This document shows, in pieces, positions 1 to 12,920 of a stretch of 64,000 nt of DNA. The stretch's first letter is position 1, and each line of letters opens with the position of its first letter. The notes beneath the pieces were generated by a model. It was not told the DNA's origin. It made no database searches and was given only the letters and a program-made list of their open reading frames with translations. A program made the position numbers and the translations under genes. The DNA comes from Lama guanicoe (taxonomy: Eukaryota), in the NCBI GenBank assembly GCA_013239625.1, contig MU053482.1, positions 2,829,168 to 2,893,167 of the forward strand. The letters run 5' to 3'.

Positions 1-170
1 TTCAAAGTGAGTTTCTTATAGATAACATGTAATTGGGTCTTATTTTTTAATCCATTGTGACCATCTATTTTTTAATTGGTGTGTTTAGATCAGTTACATT
101 TAGTTATTGATATGGTTAGATTTAGTGCTACCATTGTACTACTTGGTTTCTGTTTGTTATTCTATCTTTT
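1..170 (-). mobile_element. Old L1 (L1M-type) ORF2 fragment
   Basis: tgagtttcttatagataacatgtaattgggtcttattttttaatcca...tttaattggtgtgtttaga resembles antisense L1M. Confidence 0.6.
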
Positions 171-966
171 TTCTCTTTCAATTGATGGCAGAAACGAATT
201 ATTTTCTATTACTTTTGTTATGCAACATTCAAAATTGTCTTTGTGGCTGCTTATAGAAAAAGTGTCCAGAGAATACTTGACTGCAAGCTTGGCAGGAAGT
301 ATTAAATTCTGGTTCAGGGCTTTCACCCACAAGATGTTGATAATACAAATGTGCAGTTGTATTTTATCTCTTTTGTCTGCTTAACTGAGAGATTTTGGGG
401 TTGATTCCATTCTGTTCATTTTGCCAATGCTTCTGAAATTGGAAATATTTAGAAGTTTCTATTTAGTTGTCTCCTTCTGGGAGTTTTGACCCTCAAGTTC
501 AATGTTCATTGATCCATTGGCTAGGAGTAGAGTTTTTGCCTTTATTTGTTCATTCGTTCATAAATAACTTTTTGTGTATAGTCTGTGTAAGGTACCATGC
601 TAATTTCATAAAAAGATTAGTATTTTTACACTCTTAAGAGGTGATACCTCCTTGGAGGAAATATCATTTGATTGGCTTATTAAATAGCAGACTAAAAATT
701 ACATATCCAAAATGAGGTTAAAATTTGTCGCTTTGGAAAACTATATGGGCATTCTAAAATACTTTTGACACTTGTCTTATGGAATTACCTTCACAATTTT
801 CGACACAGTGAATGGTGACAATTCATGTGTTAGATACTGTGCCTAATTCTAAGGGTGATACAGTAGTAAAGGTGAGGAAAAAAGAAATACATTTTTGCCT
901 TCAAAGAGTTAAATTTTGGTAGTCAAACTAAAAGAATAGCAACCATTAGGGAAGTCTATCTCTTAA

Positions 967-985
967 TCTCTCTCTCTCTCTCTCT
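967..985. repeat. (CT)n microsatellite
   Basis: Directly visible tctctctc run. Confidence 0.85.
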
Positions 986-1239
986 GTGTATATATAGAGA
1001 TTATATTACTCAGACAATTACCCTAGCCTTAAAAAATGTAAGGTCTGGTGGTTGAGATAAGAAGTACAGAAATACTATTGGGTAGAAGATGTTGAATGTG
1101 ATAGAAGATAAGAGGCCATGAGATTTTAGAGGAAGAGACCAGTACTTTTTACTGTTGTAATTACTTCATGAAAAAACTTGAAATGACCTCTGAAGAAAGC
1201 TAGGATATGATTATGTAGAAATGGGGGAGGATTAAACCC

Positions 1240-1860
1240 ATTCTATTCATTTATTCATTCATTCTTCCTTTGAATGGATATTTGTTGACTGCTTTTATCT
1301 CTACAGGATCCCTGCGAACTATTGTAGGTGACAGGAATTAATCAGGTATTTATAGGGACTTCTGTGTAACTTATTTTGATTGGTGTGTAGCATATGAGTA
1401 TGATGTGTATGTATAAGAAGGAGTTATTGCTAGTAATAAAGCTGTAGAATTAGACTGGGGTTAATGCATCAAGGGCTTTTTGAGTGCCAAGGTAGTTAAA
1501 TAGATGCCATTGGACCTTTAAGTTTTCTGAGGACTGATGGGCCATAATCAGAATTGCACTTTAGGAAGTCACTTAGGTAGTGGCATATGTAGTGGATTGG
1601 AACAGATTGAGCAGATTAGAATTAGGAAACCATTGAAATAGCTCAGAGGAGAAGTAATGGAGGGCTGGAGGTGGTGAGGATGAGCAAAGTAGTGGGGTGG
1701 GGGTATGGAGCAAAGGGGAGTGATGGTGGAAGGAAGAGAAAGAAACTTCGCTATCCACACACTTCAACCCATCATTGGGTGTGAAGAGAAATGGAAAGAA
1801 CAAAGTCAGGAATCTCTCAAATTTCAACTAAGGATGTGGTTTTTAATAGAAATAGGAATG
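1240..1860 (-). mobile_element. Degenerate L2 fragments
   Basis: (ATTC)n-like L2 tail followed by purine-rich L2-like body. Confidence 0.5.
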
Positions 1861-4800
1861 TTATGAAAAGAGTTGTCCTCTAGTCACAGTTATGTTTCCT
1901 TGTTAAAACAATTGGGCATGAGATCATTGCAGGTCAATATCTGATCTTCATCAAAGTACCTTCCCTTTCATGCCCTCCAAAAAACAGAGAAGCACCTCTG
2001 TCTCATTTTCCTGACCTTGATTTTTTCCCCTCTTCCTCCCACATTCCCTGTAATCTCCTTGGGCTTCTTCCTGGCAATCTGTTCACCCTCTCTAGGGGAC
2101 CTCTGTCTCTTTGGCTCCAGTTGTGGCCTTTCTGGCTCCCCACCTGAGTTGCAGCTGGACAAGTCTTCACACCCACACTCAGTCGTGCACCCCCATACAA
2201 GTCATCAGCTATATTAGTTTAATTTGTAATTGGATTGTTAGACGGTATCTCATTTTTTCAGTTGTCATATGGATTTGCTGTGACTCTGTTTTTCAGGCTA
2301 GATAGAATACAGAGGGATACTGAACTAAGTTATTGTTTTAAGTTAAGCTTTTTCTAGTTGTGTTAAAATCTACTTTTTAGCTGCTGAAGTAGATAGCAAT
2401 AAGCTAATGGTGGGGAAAGAGATCTTCAGAAACACGTTCTTTACTTGCTTTTAAACTTGGATTCATGAATAGTACTTCCTTAGGACGTACTGTATAGTTT
2501 GAGACTATATTCATTTTGAATGCAATTTTAGTATACTCTATGATAACTGATGAGAGATAAAAAGCTACTGAGATTTTGATGGAAACTTTTCATTATATCT
2601 ATAGGAAGGTGCTATGTACATGCCATATAGGTGGCTGAGTGAATATCATTGAGCTTAATGTTAGAAATTTTTTTACCAGTTTTTTCTTCGGTGAAAAAAT
2701 TTTGTCTTTAATTTTTAATGAGGGACATTGGTGTGTGGATTCTATATTTTAGGAAAGTTTATTAATATGCCATCTGAAACAAGTATTGTGGGGTAAATTT
2801 GCGAAAGTCTTAAGGGAAATAGGTATTGGGCATATCTGAAGGAGAGGCAAAAATTGTTTTCTTCTCTACTGATACTTAAAAATTATTTTCATATTATTTG
2901 GAATTTCAGTGGTCTTGCAGAAAGATACGAAATCTCCAGTGTTACTTAGAAATACATGCAATTCCAAGAAGGTGAAATGATGAAGCCTATCATTTAAACA
3001 GATGTACATCAAAAAGAAATTTTTAAAATAGTTCATATATACACATGGTATAAAATTCATAAAATTCAAAAGGGCATTTACACAAGGGAAAAGTAAGTTT
3101 CCTCCAAGCCCTGGCCTACACTAGTTACCTGCCCTGGAGGTAACCATTGTTCCTCATTTTATAAAAAATAAAAATGCACCTTAAAGTTAATGCTCTTATT
3201 ATTATATTAAGTAGTGTCTTCTTAAATATAGCAAAATCTACTGATATTTTTGCAGCCTCTGTTATAACTTTACAATTATGGTTGCAGTTTGAATTACATG
3301 TCAGTGCTGGAAATGTCTTGAAATAAACTTATTGGCTTCACTTTTATCCTGTTGTTTTTAGAAACACAGGTTTTATTTTGTTTTGTTTTAAATTGTACCC
3401 TTTTGAAGTAAAGAGCTTACAACTAGTGAGGATCTAAATAAAACATTTTGAGGAACAACATGAGTGGTTTGAATCTTTATTCATTTCTCAATGATAGATT
3501 TTCAACTAAATGTTTTTTACTTTTTGCACTTGCAGTTGGTTTGCATATCTTGTGAATAATGTCGTGTGTTCTGTTTTCATGTAGGCATTTAGCCTCAAAA
3601 ATTTTTAACCTTGCTAGTTACAAAAGTAATTGAGCTAGGTCAGTGGTCTGTTGAAAATATGAAGGAAGCAAGTTGCAGTAAAAGGCTTTTATTGTTTGAA
3701 ACACAATGTAAAAGATTTGGTCAATTCTTGTGAACTTGGTATGTATAGTATTCCCTCCCTAATCTTTGGTGTTATGTTTCTGTTAGCCCTTGTGGTTAAA
3801 GTTATTTCTGTTCTAAAAGTCTAATTAAAAAAGCATGACTCATGAGTGAGCCTGTGAAAGTCTTTGTAAATATTTTTTATATTTCAGCAGAATACAACAG
3901 TAAAGACAACTCTCCAAATAAAGAGGATATAAGAGACATTTAAAAATCCTAAAATGATAATAATGGATTCTGGATCATTTCTTTTCCCATTTCTTACTTG
4001 CTAGAAACTTTTCAGTGAGGTGGCTTGGAAGGTTTTGGTTTTTTTTAAATACATGTTAACTTTTGCTTTATTGAAGATAATATGCAATCTGTGAGGCACT
4101 TTGGTGTGTGGGGACTAACATCTTAATAGCCAGTGCATTTCTAATCTTATGACTCAGAGGCTCTTTACCTTCCTGGTCCCCATTTTGTATTTCCTTTGGG
4201 GTCTTACTGCAGTCCCAGAGGTACGTCGTAGCTGGAAGCTAGAGACAGAAGAGACTTTGAGTGACCTTTGCTCACTTACTCAGTTTGCCCTCAGAGAGTT
4301 GGTATTTCCCATCCCCCGCAACAGGAGGGTTATTATAATCCCCTCAGTGATTATTAACACTTTGGAACTGTAGGTACTCAGACTTGCTTCCTCATTCCCT
4401 CTTACATGTGTCCCTGGTCCCTTCCTGCAACATAGGTCTCAGGTAGGCCTTTGCCTCAGCTTCCTTTTATGTTCTCCAAGGCTTCATTTCATAAATCTGT
4501 TTTTCTGCTCTGCTTTCTGTGTTATTTGCTTTTTCTCATTCTACCTTTGGATTCCTTCTTTTTTTTTTCCCCCAATCTGTGTCTACTTCAACCTGCAGTT
4601 CTCAGCAATCAATTAATTGTTTAATTGTGAAAAAGTATTTGGGAGTAAATCTGCATATGATTGAATTTCGTATAAGGAGGTCTGACAATTTGGAAGAGAT
4701 TTCTGAAATATTGGAAAAACTAATTTTTTCATCTTCAGACTCCTCTGTGCCTTCTCTACCTTTTGCTACTTTAGGAATCATTAGCTTTACAACCTCCAGG

Positions 4801-5514
4801 AGAGTGTTATATGTGGGCATGGAATACCAACCCGAAGTGACAGCAGTTAGGATGAAGGTTGTCCTGGTCAGATGGGCAGTGTTGAAGGTATAATATTTCA
4901 TTGGATAGGCAGCTCTGGGAAGATGAAGCACTATCTGCCTTATCAGACAGCACATCCCCATCAGTCCTTTTAGTTCACAGGATGTTGGATGTCTCAGCCA
5001 GGTGCTGTTACACTGGAGTTGAGAGCATGAGCTGGTGGGCAGCTGACTCAACTCTCAGCTCTTCTTCAGTGGTGATTTGAGAAAATGTTGTTTGGTAATG
5101 GGACACTAGGTTGTTAGTCGATCGAACAAGGTTGGAATTCTGAAGTTCTTCACCTGGGTAACTTTGAGGAATTTGCTTTGCTTCTTGTATTTTAAGATTA
5201 TCTGTTAAATGGGAATAAGACATTTTAACAACATACATGTTTGAATAGATGCAGGTCACAACCTGCATCTGTGTGACTATAGAACATTTACTAGCCACCT
5301 ATTTCTTACCAAACACTGATGTTGAAAAAAATTGATCTACAAAACAGTACATAAATTTGAAGGTTTTAATCTGTACCTTTTGTTAGGGACGCTGGGGAAG
5401 TGAAAAATATACAACATTGTCCCTTACCTTAGTGAAGAAGATAATACATGAAATGACTACAACAAGATAACATGTAAGAAAGTTCTAGACAGTATGGGAA
5501 ATGAGTGCCATAGG

Positions 5515-5820
5515 CCATGCTGTTGAGTACATTAGCTTTCAGCCACATTTGGCTATTGAGCATTGAAAAGTGGCTAGTCCAAATTGAGATGTGCTGTAAG
5601 TATAAAATATACACTAGATTTCAGAGACTTAGTACAAGAAAAGAATGCAAGAGATCTCTTTAAAATAATTTAAAAATATTGATTATATGTTGAAGTTAAG
5701 TATTTTGGATATATTAGTAAAATTAATTTTGCTCATTTCCCTTTACTTTTTAAAAATGTGGCTATTAAAAACTTAATACTATATGTAGTTTGCATTATAT
5801 TTTTATTGGATGAAGCTGCT
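5515..5820 (-). mobile_element. MER33-like hAT-Charlie MITE
   Basis: agccacatttggctattgagca...gctagtccaaattgagatgtgctgtaagtataaaatatacac...tatttttattgga matches MER33 as recalled. Confidence 0.75.
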
Positions 5821-7519
5821 GTAGAAGTTTAAAGGAAATAGAGAAAAAGATGCAGACAGTTGTAGACCAGAAAAATTTCTTGGTGGAGATTGGAACATCA
5901 GCTGCTTCTGGAGGGAATGGGGCAGATCTTGTGAAGCAGAGTCACAGAAGATGGCAGGTAAGGTGGTGACAACTGTAGACAAGAGCAAGAGCCAAAACTT
6001 ACTCTGGGTGGAAAAGAATTTTTGTTTTGAGGCATATTGGAAAATTAAGTTTTCAAGGGAGATGGTGTTACATTTTAGATGGTTTTGTTCTTGCACAGAA
6101 TAGAATAGAACAAATACATTTTTTAATTGACTATGTTAGGACGAGTACTTTAGAACAGATCCTGTAAAGAGGGGGAGTTATTAAAACTTTTTGGGTAGAT
6201 ATTATGACAAAAGTAGAGTTTTAAGATTATTCTGATGATGTGAGTGTGACAGTCAGAGGTGAGAAGCTGGAGATGGGGAGACCAGTCAGTGGGGCTATTA
6301 TGAAAATCACTGAGTGCTGGACTGGGATGGTGGCAGTGGGAATCAAACCTGATATGCTCCCTACCTTCATGGAGCAAATTGAAAATTCAAATTCATTGAG
6401 AAAAAGAAAGTACATGGCCCCAGAGAACACAGAGGAAGGGAACCTACCTAGCCTGTGGTGAGGATTGGAGGAGTCAGGTCAGAGAATGCTTCTAGAAGAA
6501 TAGACATTTGTCACTGACCTTAAGGAATGTGTGAAACTCCTTTATAAGAACATCTGTGATAAAAGATTTGGAGGCTAAATCCCTGGGAGGAACAAGAGGA
6601 AGTGTCGGGAGAGAGAGCACTGGTTAGGAGGTCAGGAGACTTGTTTGTGCTCTGTGATTTGTGTGGTCTGGGAAGTTCCTTCTCCTTGCTGGATTCATTT
6701 TCCTCATTTGCAAAATGTAGAGTAGCAGATGAGATCTTCGAGGCTTAGATTTCTAATTTAACTTGTTTTAGCTTAATGTGTTTACAATGGTCGTATCCTG
6801 GTGAGTATAATAACCACTCAGTATACAGCAGCTCTTTGTTAGGGTCTCAGAAGGGAGAGTGGGACCTGCTGCTGAGGGCAGGGAGTCCTGGTTGCCAGCC
6901 CCCACATTCTCTGTTTAGACGTAAGCCGGCAGACACTCACTCAGTGGAGAGAGGAATTGGCATTGGTGGGGCTGACTTAGATCTAGAAATAGGACAAAGT
7001 ATAAGTTTAAAAAAGTACAAGAAGAGGAAAGTCTGTAATTTTGTTGTTAAGGGAATGGTGGTATCACAGTCAGAGTAGAAAACCTGTTTTGAGGGGAAAG
7101 GTGATGAATTCTCCTTTGGATGTTTTTGAATGTGAGGCACGTTGAGCATAGAAATCTTTAATCTTAGTTAGTGACATAAACCAGAGCTCAGCTGAGAGAT
7201 CGAGACCAGAAAGCGATGTGAGAGTCATTAGAGAAGAAGTGACTCAATGTTGTCAGAATTAAAGCATTTTTTAAGGAGAGAAAAAGGGGGAAGAACTCAG
7301 GGCTAAAAATTGGGTTTTGGAAAATGTCCAGATTGAGAGAATGAAGGGTAAGGGAGGTGACCCCATCAAGATACTCTACTTTGCAGCAGAGCAAAGTAGA
7401 GTAAGTTCTTTGTAGAATTTAGAAAACAGCATGCCACAGGACCAAAAACGTCTTAGGAAGGGATGATCCAGACTGTCAAGGGCCAGAGACTTGGCAGAGT
7501 GACTTGTTTAGGAGGTATC

Positions 7520-7863
7520 TGTCCCAGATTGGGTTCTCCAGGAAGCAGATGCTGAGACAGAGCTGGGAGTGCAGGAGGGTTCTTGGGGCAAAACACTTAT
7601 TGGGGGGAAGAAAAGGGAGAGGCAGCAGGATTGGGAAAAGGAGCAGTCGAGCCATGATGTGAACTTGACAAAACTGGGAGCTCTGGAGCAAAGATGGCCT
7701 GTGAGAGGACGCCCGCTTTGGGAGAAAGGGTCCCACCACCTTGCTCAGTCATTGACTGAGGTGGACTCTGAAGTTGCTAATAGCTGGAGGCGCTCAGCTA
7801 ACCACACTCCTTGTAGCTGGGCAGCAGTTTCTTTCTTGAGTGGTACAGCTCTGTGTCTGCCAC
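7520..7863. mobile_element. MLT1-type (ERVL-MaLR) solo LTR
   Basis: Starts tgtcccagattgggttctccaggaagcagatgctgagacagag, ends ...gccaca. Confidence 0.6.
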
Positions 7864-10800
7864 AAAATTTTTTTGAAAAGGTAATTTCATGAGATTGATA
7901 GGGATAGAAAGTAGCCATGTTATAGTGACCAGAGGGGGACAGAGTGGTCCGAAGATGGGGCAGCAGATTTGTGATCTTTGTCATCACTTGGGTGTACACC
8001 GTGGCTTCAGGTCTCCTCTTGAAGAGTGTACTAAATTCAAGTACCTTATTTCTCTCTTTTCTCTCTCATACACTTGTTGATTCCTATGGAGTCCTTTCCT
8101 CAAAAATCTTTGCTGGAATTTTGAGGAACTGGACTGCTTTACTGGATCTCAGATCAGGTGAGTTAATGTCTGCTAGTTCTGGTGGTGTGAGTAACTAATG
8201 GAGGCATTGTTTCTTTTCTTTAAAAATGCTCCGAGTTAGAGATTCCAATTAAACAAAAATTCTTTCTGGAAAGAATATACTGGTAGTATAGTGAAATGTA
8301 TTAGAAGATCCACATCTAGATAAAGATGATGGAGAAGCAAACTAAATGAAACTAAACAAACAAACAAAAAACAACAAAAAACACAAAAAAGAAAGTTCTT
8401 AATTGGAACTCATTTAGTAAACATTTGTTGACATCAGGCACTCTCTCCTTGACACTTTATTAGGTTTTGTTATTACAAGATGGATAGAACACAGACCCTG
8501 TCTTTAAGGAACTGACAGAGTAGTGGGAGAAGTAGATACAGCTGGAATTAACTCTCTTATAAGTGATTCATGTCTTAAAGACATTTGTTTATGCTGTGGT
8601 CCAGTGGGAGCTGGAATCTAAGGAGGCTGTCTCAGATCGAGAGACTTTGTTGCACATAGTGTGGCTTCTTCAAGAGGCAAGGTAAAGCATAGTTCTTTGT
8701 GGATGACTCAAATGAGTTTCATCAACCTTATAGTCCTACAATGATCTCTTCATGTTTTATAATGTCATTGGTGCTCTCAAGCTGGAACCTCCAGACGTAC
8801 TTAATTTTTAAATTTTCTGTAAATATAAAAGCTTTGCTTTTTCTGATTATGAAGACAGTACATAGAATATTCAAACAGTACTTTAAAGTATAGAGGCAAA
8901 AGTAAACGCACTCGAAATTCTACCACCAAAGGCAGATGCACTTAACTTTGCAATGATTATCTTTCTAACATCTTTCTCTCTCTCTCCCTGTCTCCCTTGC
9001 TCCCTATGTGCATACACATGCATGCACCCATGTGCATATGTGTGCATAAAGGATACATATATATCCTTTTATATAAATGGAATCCTATTTCATATGCCTT
9101 AGTAACCTATTAAAGTGTGTTAAGGTCATGTTTCCGTATCAGTACACATACATGCAGACACCATCCTTTATGATGGCTATGAACTATTTCACTGTGTTGG
9201 TGAATCATGCTTTATTTAACCATTTTCCTATTCACAGATATTTGAGATGTTCTGATGTTTTCAGCCAGGGATGCTGCTAAATATAATGCATAGCTCACCT
9301 CTCTCTGCTCCCCAAACAGTTACCTGGCCCAAAATGTCACTAATAATGGAGAAAAATCTGCTCTGTACCCTCTGCAGTGTTGGGTGTTGGCAGTCTTTAT
9401 TCCATGTCTGCTCAAACACCAAGTATTCTTTCTTAAGCAAAAGGTAATATCTCTTTTAGTGTGCACTGTGTTGATTACTAGTGAGGTTAGGCAGCTTCTC
9501 CTATATTTATTAGTCATTAGTTTGTCAATTTCCTATTCATCGCTGTTGTCCATTTTTAAATTGGGTGTTCATCTTTTGCTTAATTTCTAAGAGTAATTTG
9601 AATATTGCAGCTTTAGCCTATTTTGTTTCATTATGATGTCTCTTTTTAAAGGGAAATTCAGTAATTTTTATGTGGTCAAATTTACCAGTGTATTCTGTTT
9701 GATTCCTGAAGAGGGCTAAATTAGTGAATTATTCAAAATAACTTATTAAAGTTGGTTTATTTAAAATGTAATCCAGGGCATGTAACTGTAGTTTTGTGGC
9801 ATCTGTGGACAACATCACAACAGGTGGTTTTAAGCTAGATGTTCTACCTGAATGTGTCCGTAAGTGTTATGCTCCTGCTGAGCCCTCCCTTAGCCTGTGC
9901 TGGTCACTGTGAAGGACAAGAAAAATATTAGGCAGGGTTTCCTCCCTCACTGAGCTGCAGTTACGTATCTGAGGTATTACTAGCATATGAAACAGAAAGT
10001 ACTTAAGTGCTGAGTAGGGGTTCAGGGGACAGAGGGACAGTGAAGGTTTCCTAGCATTTATGAAGAGTGACCCAGTCTTGAAGGATGTGACTGGGCAGAG
10101 GGAATGTTTCCAGCACATGGCATCGTTGTGGGAGAGGCACTTAGGAGACTTGGGTTCTTGTTTCTGATTTTTTTACTAATCAGTGTGTGACTTAGGTAAG
10201 TCTTAGGCCCCAGTCTTTTTATATATATAAAATAAGGAGATAGAAGTAGGGTGTTTCCTAAGATTGTTGTCATTATTAAAGTTTTATGGTTTTACTGTGA
10301 AAAGAGAATTTTTAGAAAGAATTTGTTCAGCATTTATTGAAAGCCTTCTGCATTCTGAGTAGCATGCCAGGTGCTGTGGGAATGCAGAGGTAGGTAAGAT
10401 ATGGGCCTTTCCTTCAGAAATGTACAGTCCTGTGGGAGAGAAAAAAATCATGTTTGGTCGTGTAAAATAAGAAATACAGAGTGCTTGGGAAAGGCAGAGT
10501 GGGAAAGGCCATCTTGCTTTTGGGTGGTGGAGGTGTCAGAAAGGGATGGCATTTACGTTCGGTAGAAATGGAGGTGCAGGTGTGGTTGGAGCAGAGGCCT
10601 GGAGGAGGCAGGTGGGTGGCACAGGGCTTGTTTGGAGTGCAGTGAGTACACTTGTTTGGCTAGATTTGTACAGTTGGTGCAGAAGGTTAGGAAAAAATAA
10701 GGATAGGAAGGTAAAGTGGGGCTGGCTTGCCAAGCGACTTAAATATGGAGCTCAGATGCCTCCTTGGTTTTTACTTCTGTAGACTTTTGATGACTTTTAG

Positions 10801-12149
10801 AAAAGGTGATAACGTGAGGTAAGTAGCCCTTGAAGATTAATTTGGTAAAAATGTCTAGGATGGTGATTGATTGCATTCTAGGACTAAGTCAAAGATGACT
10901 CTGAGACTTCTGAGGCTGAATATAATAAAGATAATTTAAGAGAAAGCAAGCCAGCCTTAGGCATTGACAAGCAGGACAAAAGGATGTTGTCGGGGGAAGG
11001 GGAAAATGAGTCCATGTGTTAAGGGGTGGGACTTCCATTAAGACAATATCTTAAGGCAGGGCATAGCACTAGTAGGAAATTGGTCATTCTGGCTCATTGT
11101 TAGGAAGAGTTTTCTGGTAATTCGCCATTCGCTTGCAATTTTATAAATCAGACAGGAATTTTCACATTTAAAAAAAAGAGTGCCCATTATGAATTACAGT
11201 TCTATAATTGTGTTGGTTCAGATAAGTTTGTTGGAATAGAGATCCCCGCCCCCCCCCTTTTCTCAGTGTTGAATTTTGCCCATTACGCACATCCTGTAAA
11301 GGGAAACTGTGTGACTGGGGGGCTCATTTCAGAGAACCTTTGTAATCTCTACATCTTTGGGAGGGAGGAGGGTGAACATTATGCTCTCACATGTGTTAAA
11401 ACACCGTCTGGTGTTCATCATCCTTGACTTCTTTTCATGATAGTTGGAGCAGAATGCAAAAAAGGGTAAATGGCAAACCACTGAACAGGAACAAACCACA
11501 CGAGCGGCTAATTAGTCATTTCTTGTCAGCCAGGGCCCTGCAGAGGCACTAGCAGACAGCTCTGGAGGAACTGGAGAGATGAGGGTCTGGCATGGATATG
11601 GATCTTTTATTTTAGTAACAATAGTTTATTCTTCGAATTGGGGAATGAGAGCAAAGTTGCTTAGCAATTATGTGGGCGCTAAAAGAATGGCCTTTGGAGG
11701 GGCAGGCATTCGAAGTTGGATAAACTCAATTTTCTCAAGAAACTTGCAAACTCTGATTAGAGTGATTTGGGGGCAGTCCTTTCACAAATCAAGAACTTGT
11801 AATCTTCCTTCCTCCTGATTGCTTTTGTTCTCATCTACTTTCCAGCTTCCTTGTCTGGAGACGAGGCTAGTGCCTCTTGGAACACTTTCCCCCAAAGGCG
11901 GGTGCTGGGAGATGAGGGCTCCCAAGGAGAGAATGATCCCAAATTTCGAGGCCAATATGGTTTTTCAACACTGGGTTTATCTTGGCTCTGCTGAATAGCT
12001 CCAGTCATCTTGTTGGATGCTGGAGAACTGACCGGGTGGGGCTGCGGGGACACCAGTCCATCCCTGCACCTTAGCGGCAACATGCACACATGGCCAGAGT
12101 CACTTTTGTATAGGCAGGGCTCTCTTTTTCCAGAAAGACAGGGAAGGCG

Positions 12150-12380
12150 GCACAGCAGGAAAAGGGCACCAAAGTAGAAGGTTTGGGTTCTAGTCCTAGT
12201 TTCACTGCACATAAAACTCTGATTTGAGGATGTCCCCTCATCTCTAACTCAGACTCTTCATCTGTAAAATAGCAATAATATCTGCTCTCCCAGGGGCAAG
12301 ACTAAAACCAACTAATGGATGATGTGAATCTACTCTAAAAAGCATGAACTGCTGTATAAGCTTATGGGGCTTTTACTTGT
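12150..12380 (+). mobile_element. MIR SINE
   Basis: gggttctagtcctagt...cttcatctgtaaaatagcaataata core. Confidence 0.55.
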
Positions 12381-12759
12381 TACTAGTTTATATTCTGGCC
12401 TTCAGAATTTTGATTTCATTATATGTTTTACTTTTTACTTAAAAAAACCTGAGATACTGTCTAGGCTTTTATGAACATTGCTGATTTTATATATATATGT
12501 ATGCATTTTTTTTTTGCAGTTTTAAAAGATAGCACACAGTTTTTTTTTCTCTTTTAGTTACAAAACCTTTTCATTTGTGTATTATTTAGTTTGTTATTTT
12601 GTTTGGGGAAGACTTCCCAATTCTGAGCCTTGCTAACAGTGAAAAAAGCTGAATTTCTGATTTAAATTACAGTTCTTTCTGCTGAATTCATGAAATGAGT
12701 TTGGGTTGACAGTTAAGGATTGGCCTTTAAAAGCATTATATTTAGACAAGTCCACAACA

Positions 12760-12920
12760 CTTCATTTTGCAGTGAGGATACTGGGACTAAGCGAGTAAGT
12801 AGCAAAATATCTAATAGTTAAAAAGGGCAAATGGCAAACCACTGAACAGGAACAGACCACGTAAACAGGGTTGGTACTCAGGTCTCGTCTCCTCCTCCAG
12901 GGTCCTTTGTGATAATGTAC
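12760..12920 (-). mobile_element. MIR SINE interrupted by a 41-bp non-MIR insert
   Basis: cattttgcagtgaggatactggga...actcaggtctcgtctcctcc. Confidence 0.45.

Noticed and set aside
4519..5051. Overlapping 124-aa (+) and 149-aa (-) ORFs in intron 1
   Set aside because: No recognisable domain, splice structure or retrocopy hallmarks; compatible with chance ORFs. A protein search would settle it.
8340..8392. A-rich (CAAA)n tract as another solo poly(A) insertion
   Set aside because: No flanking target-site duplication found
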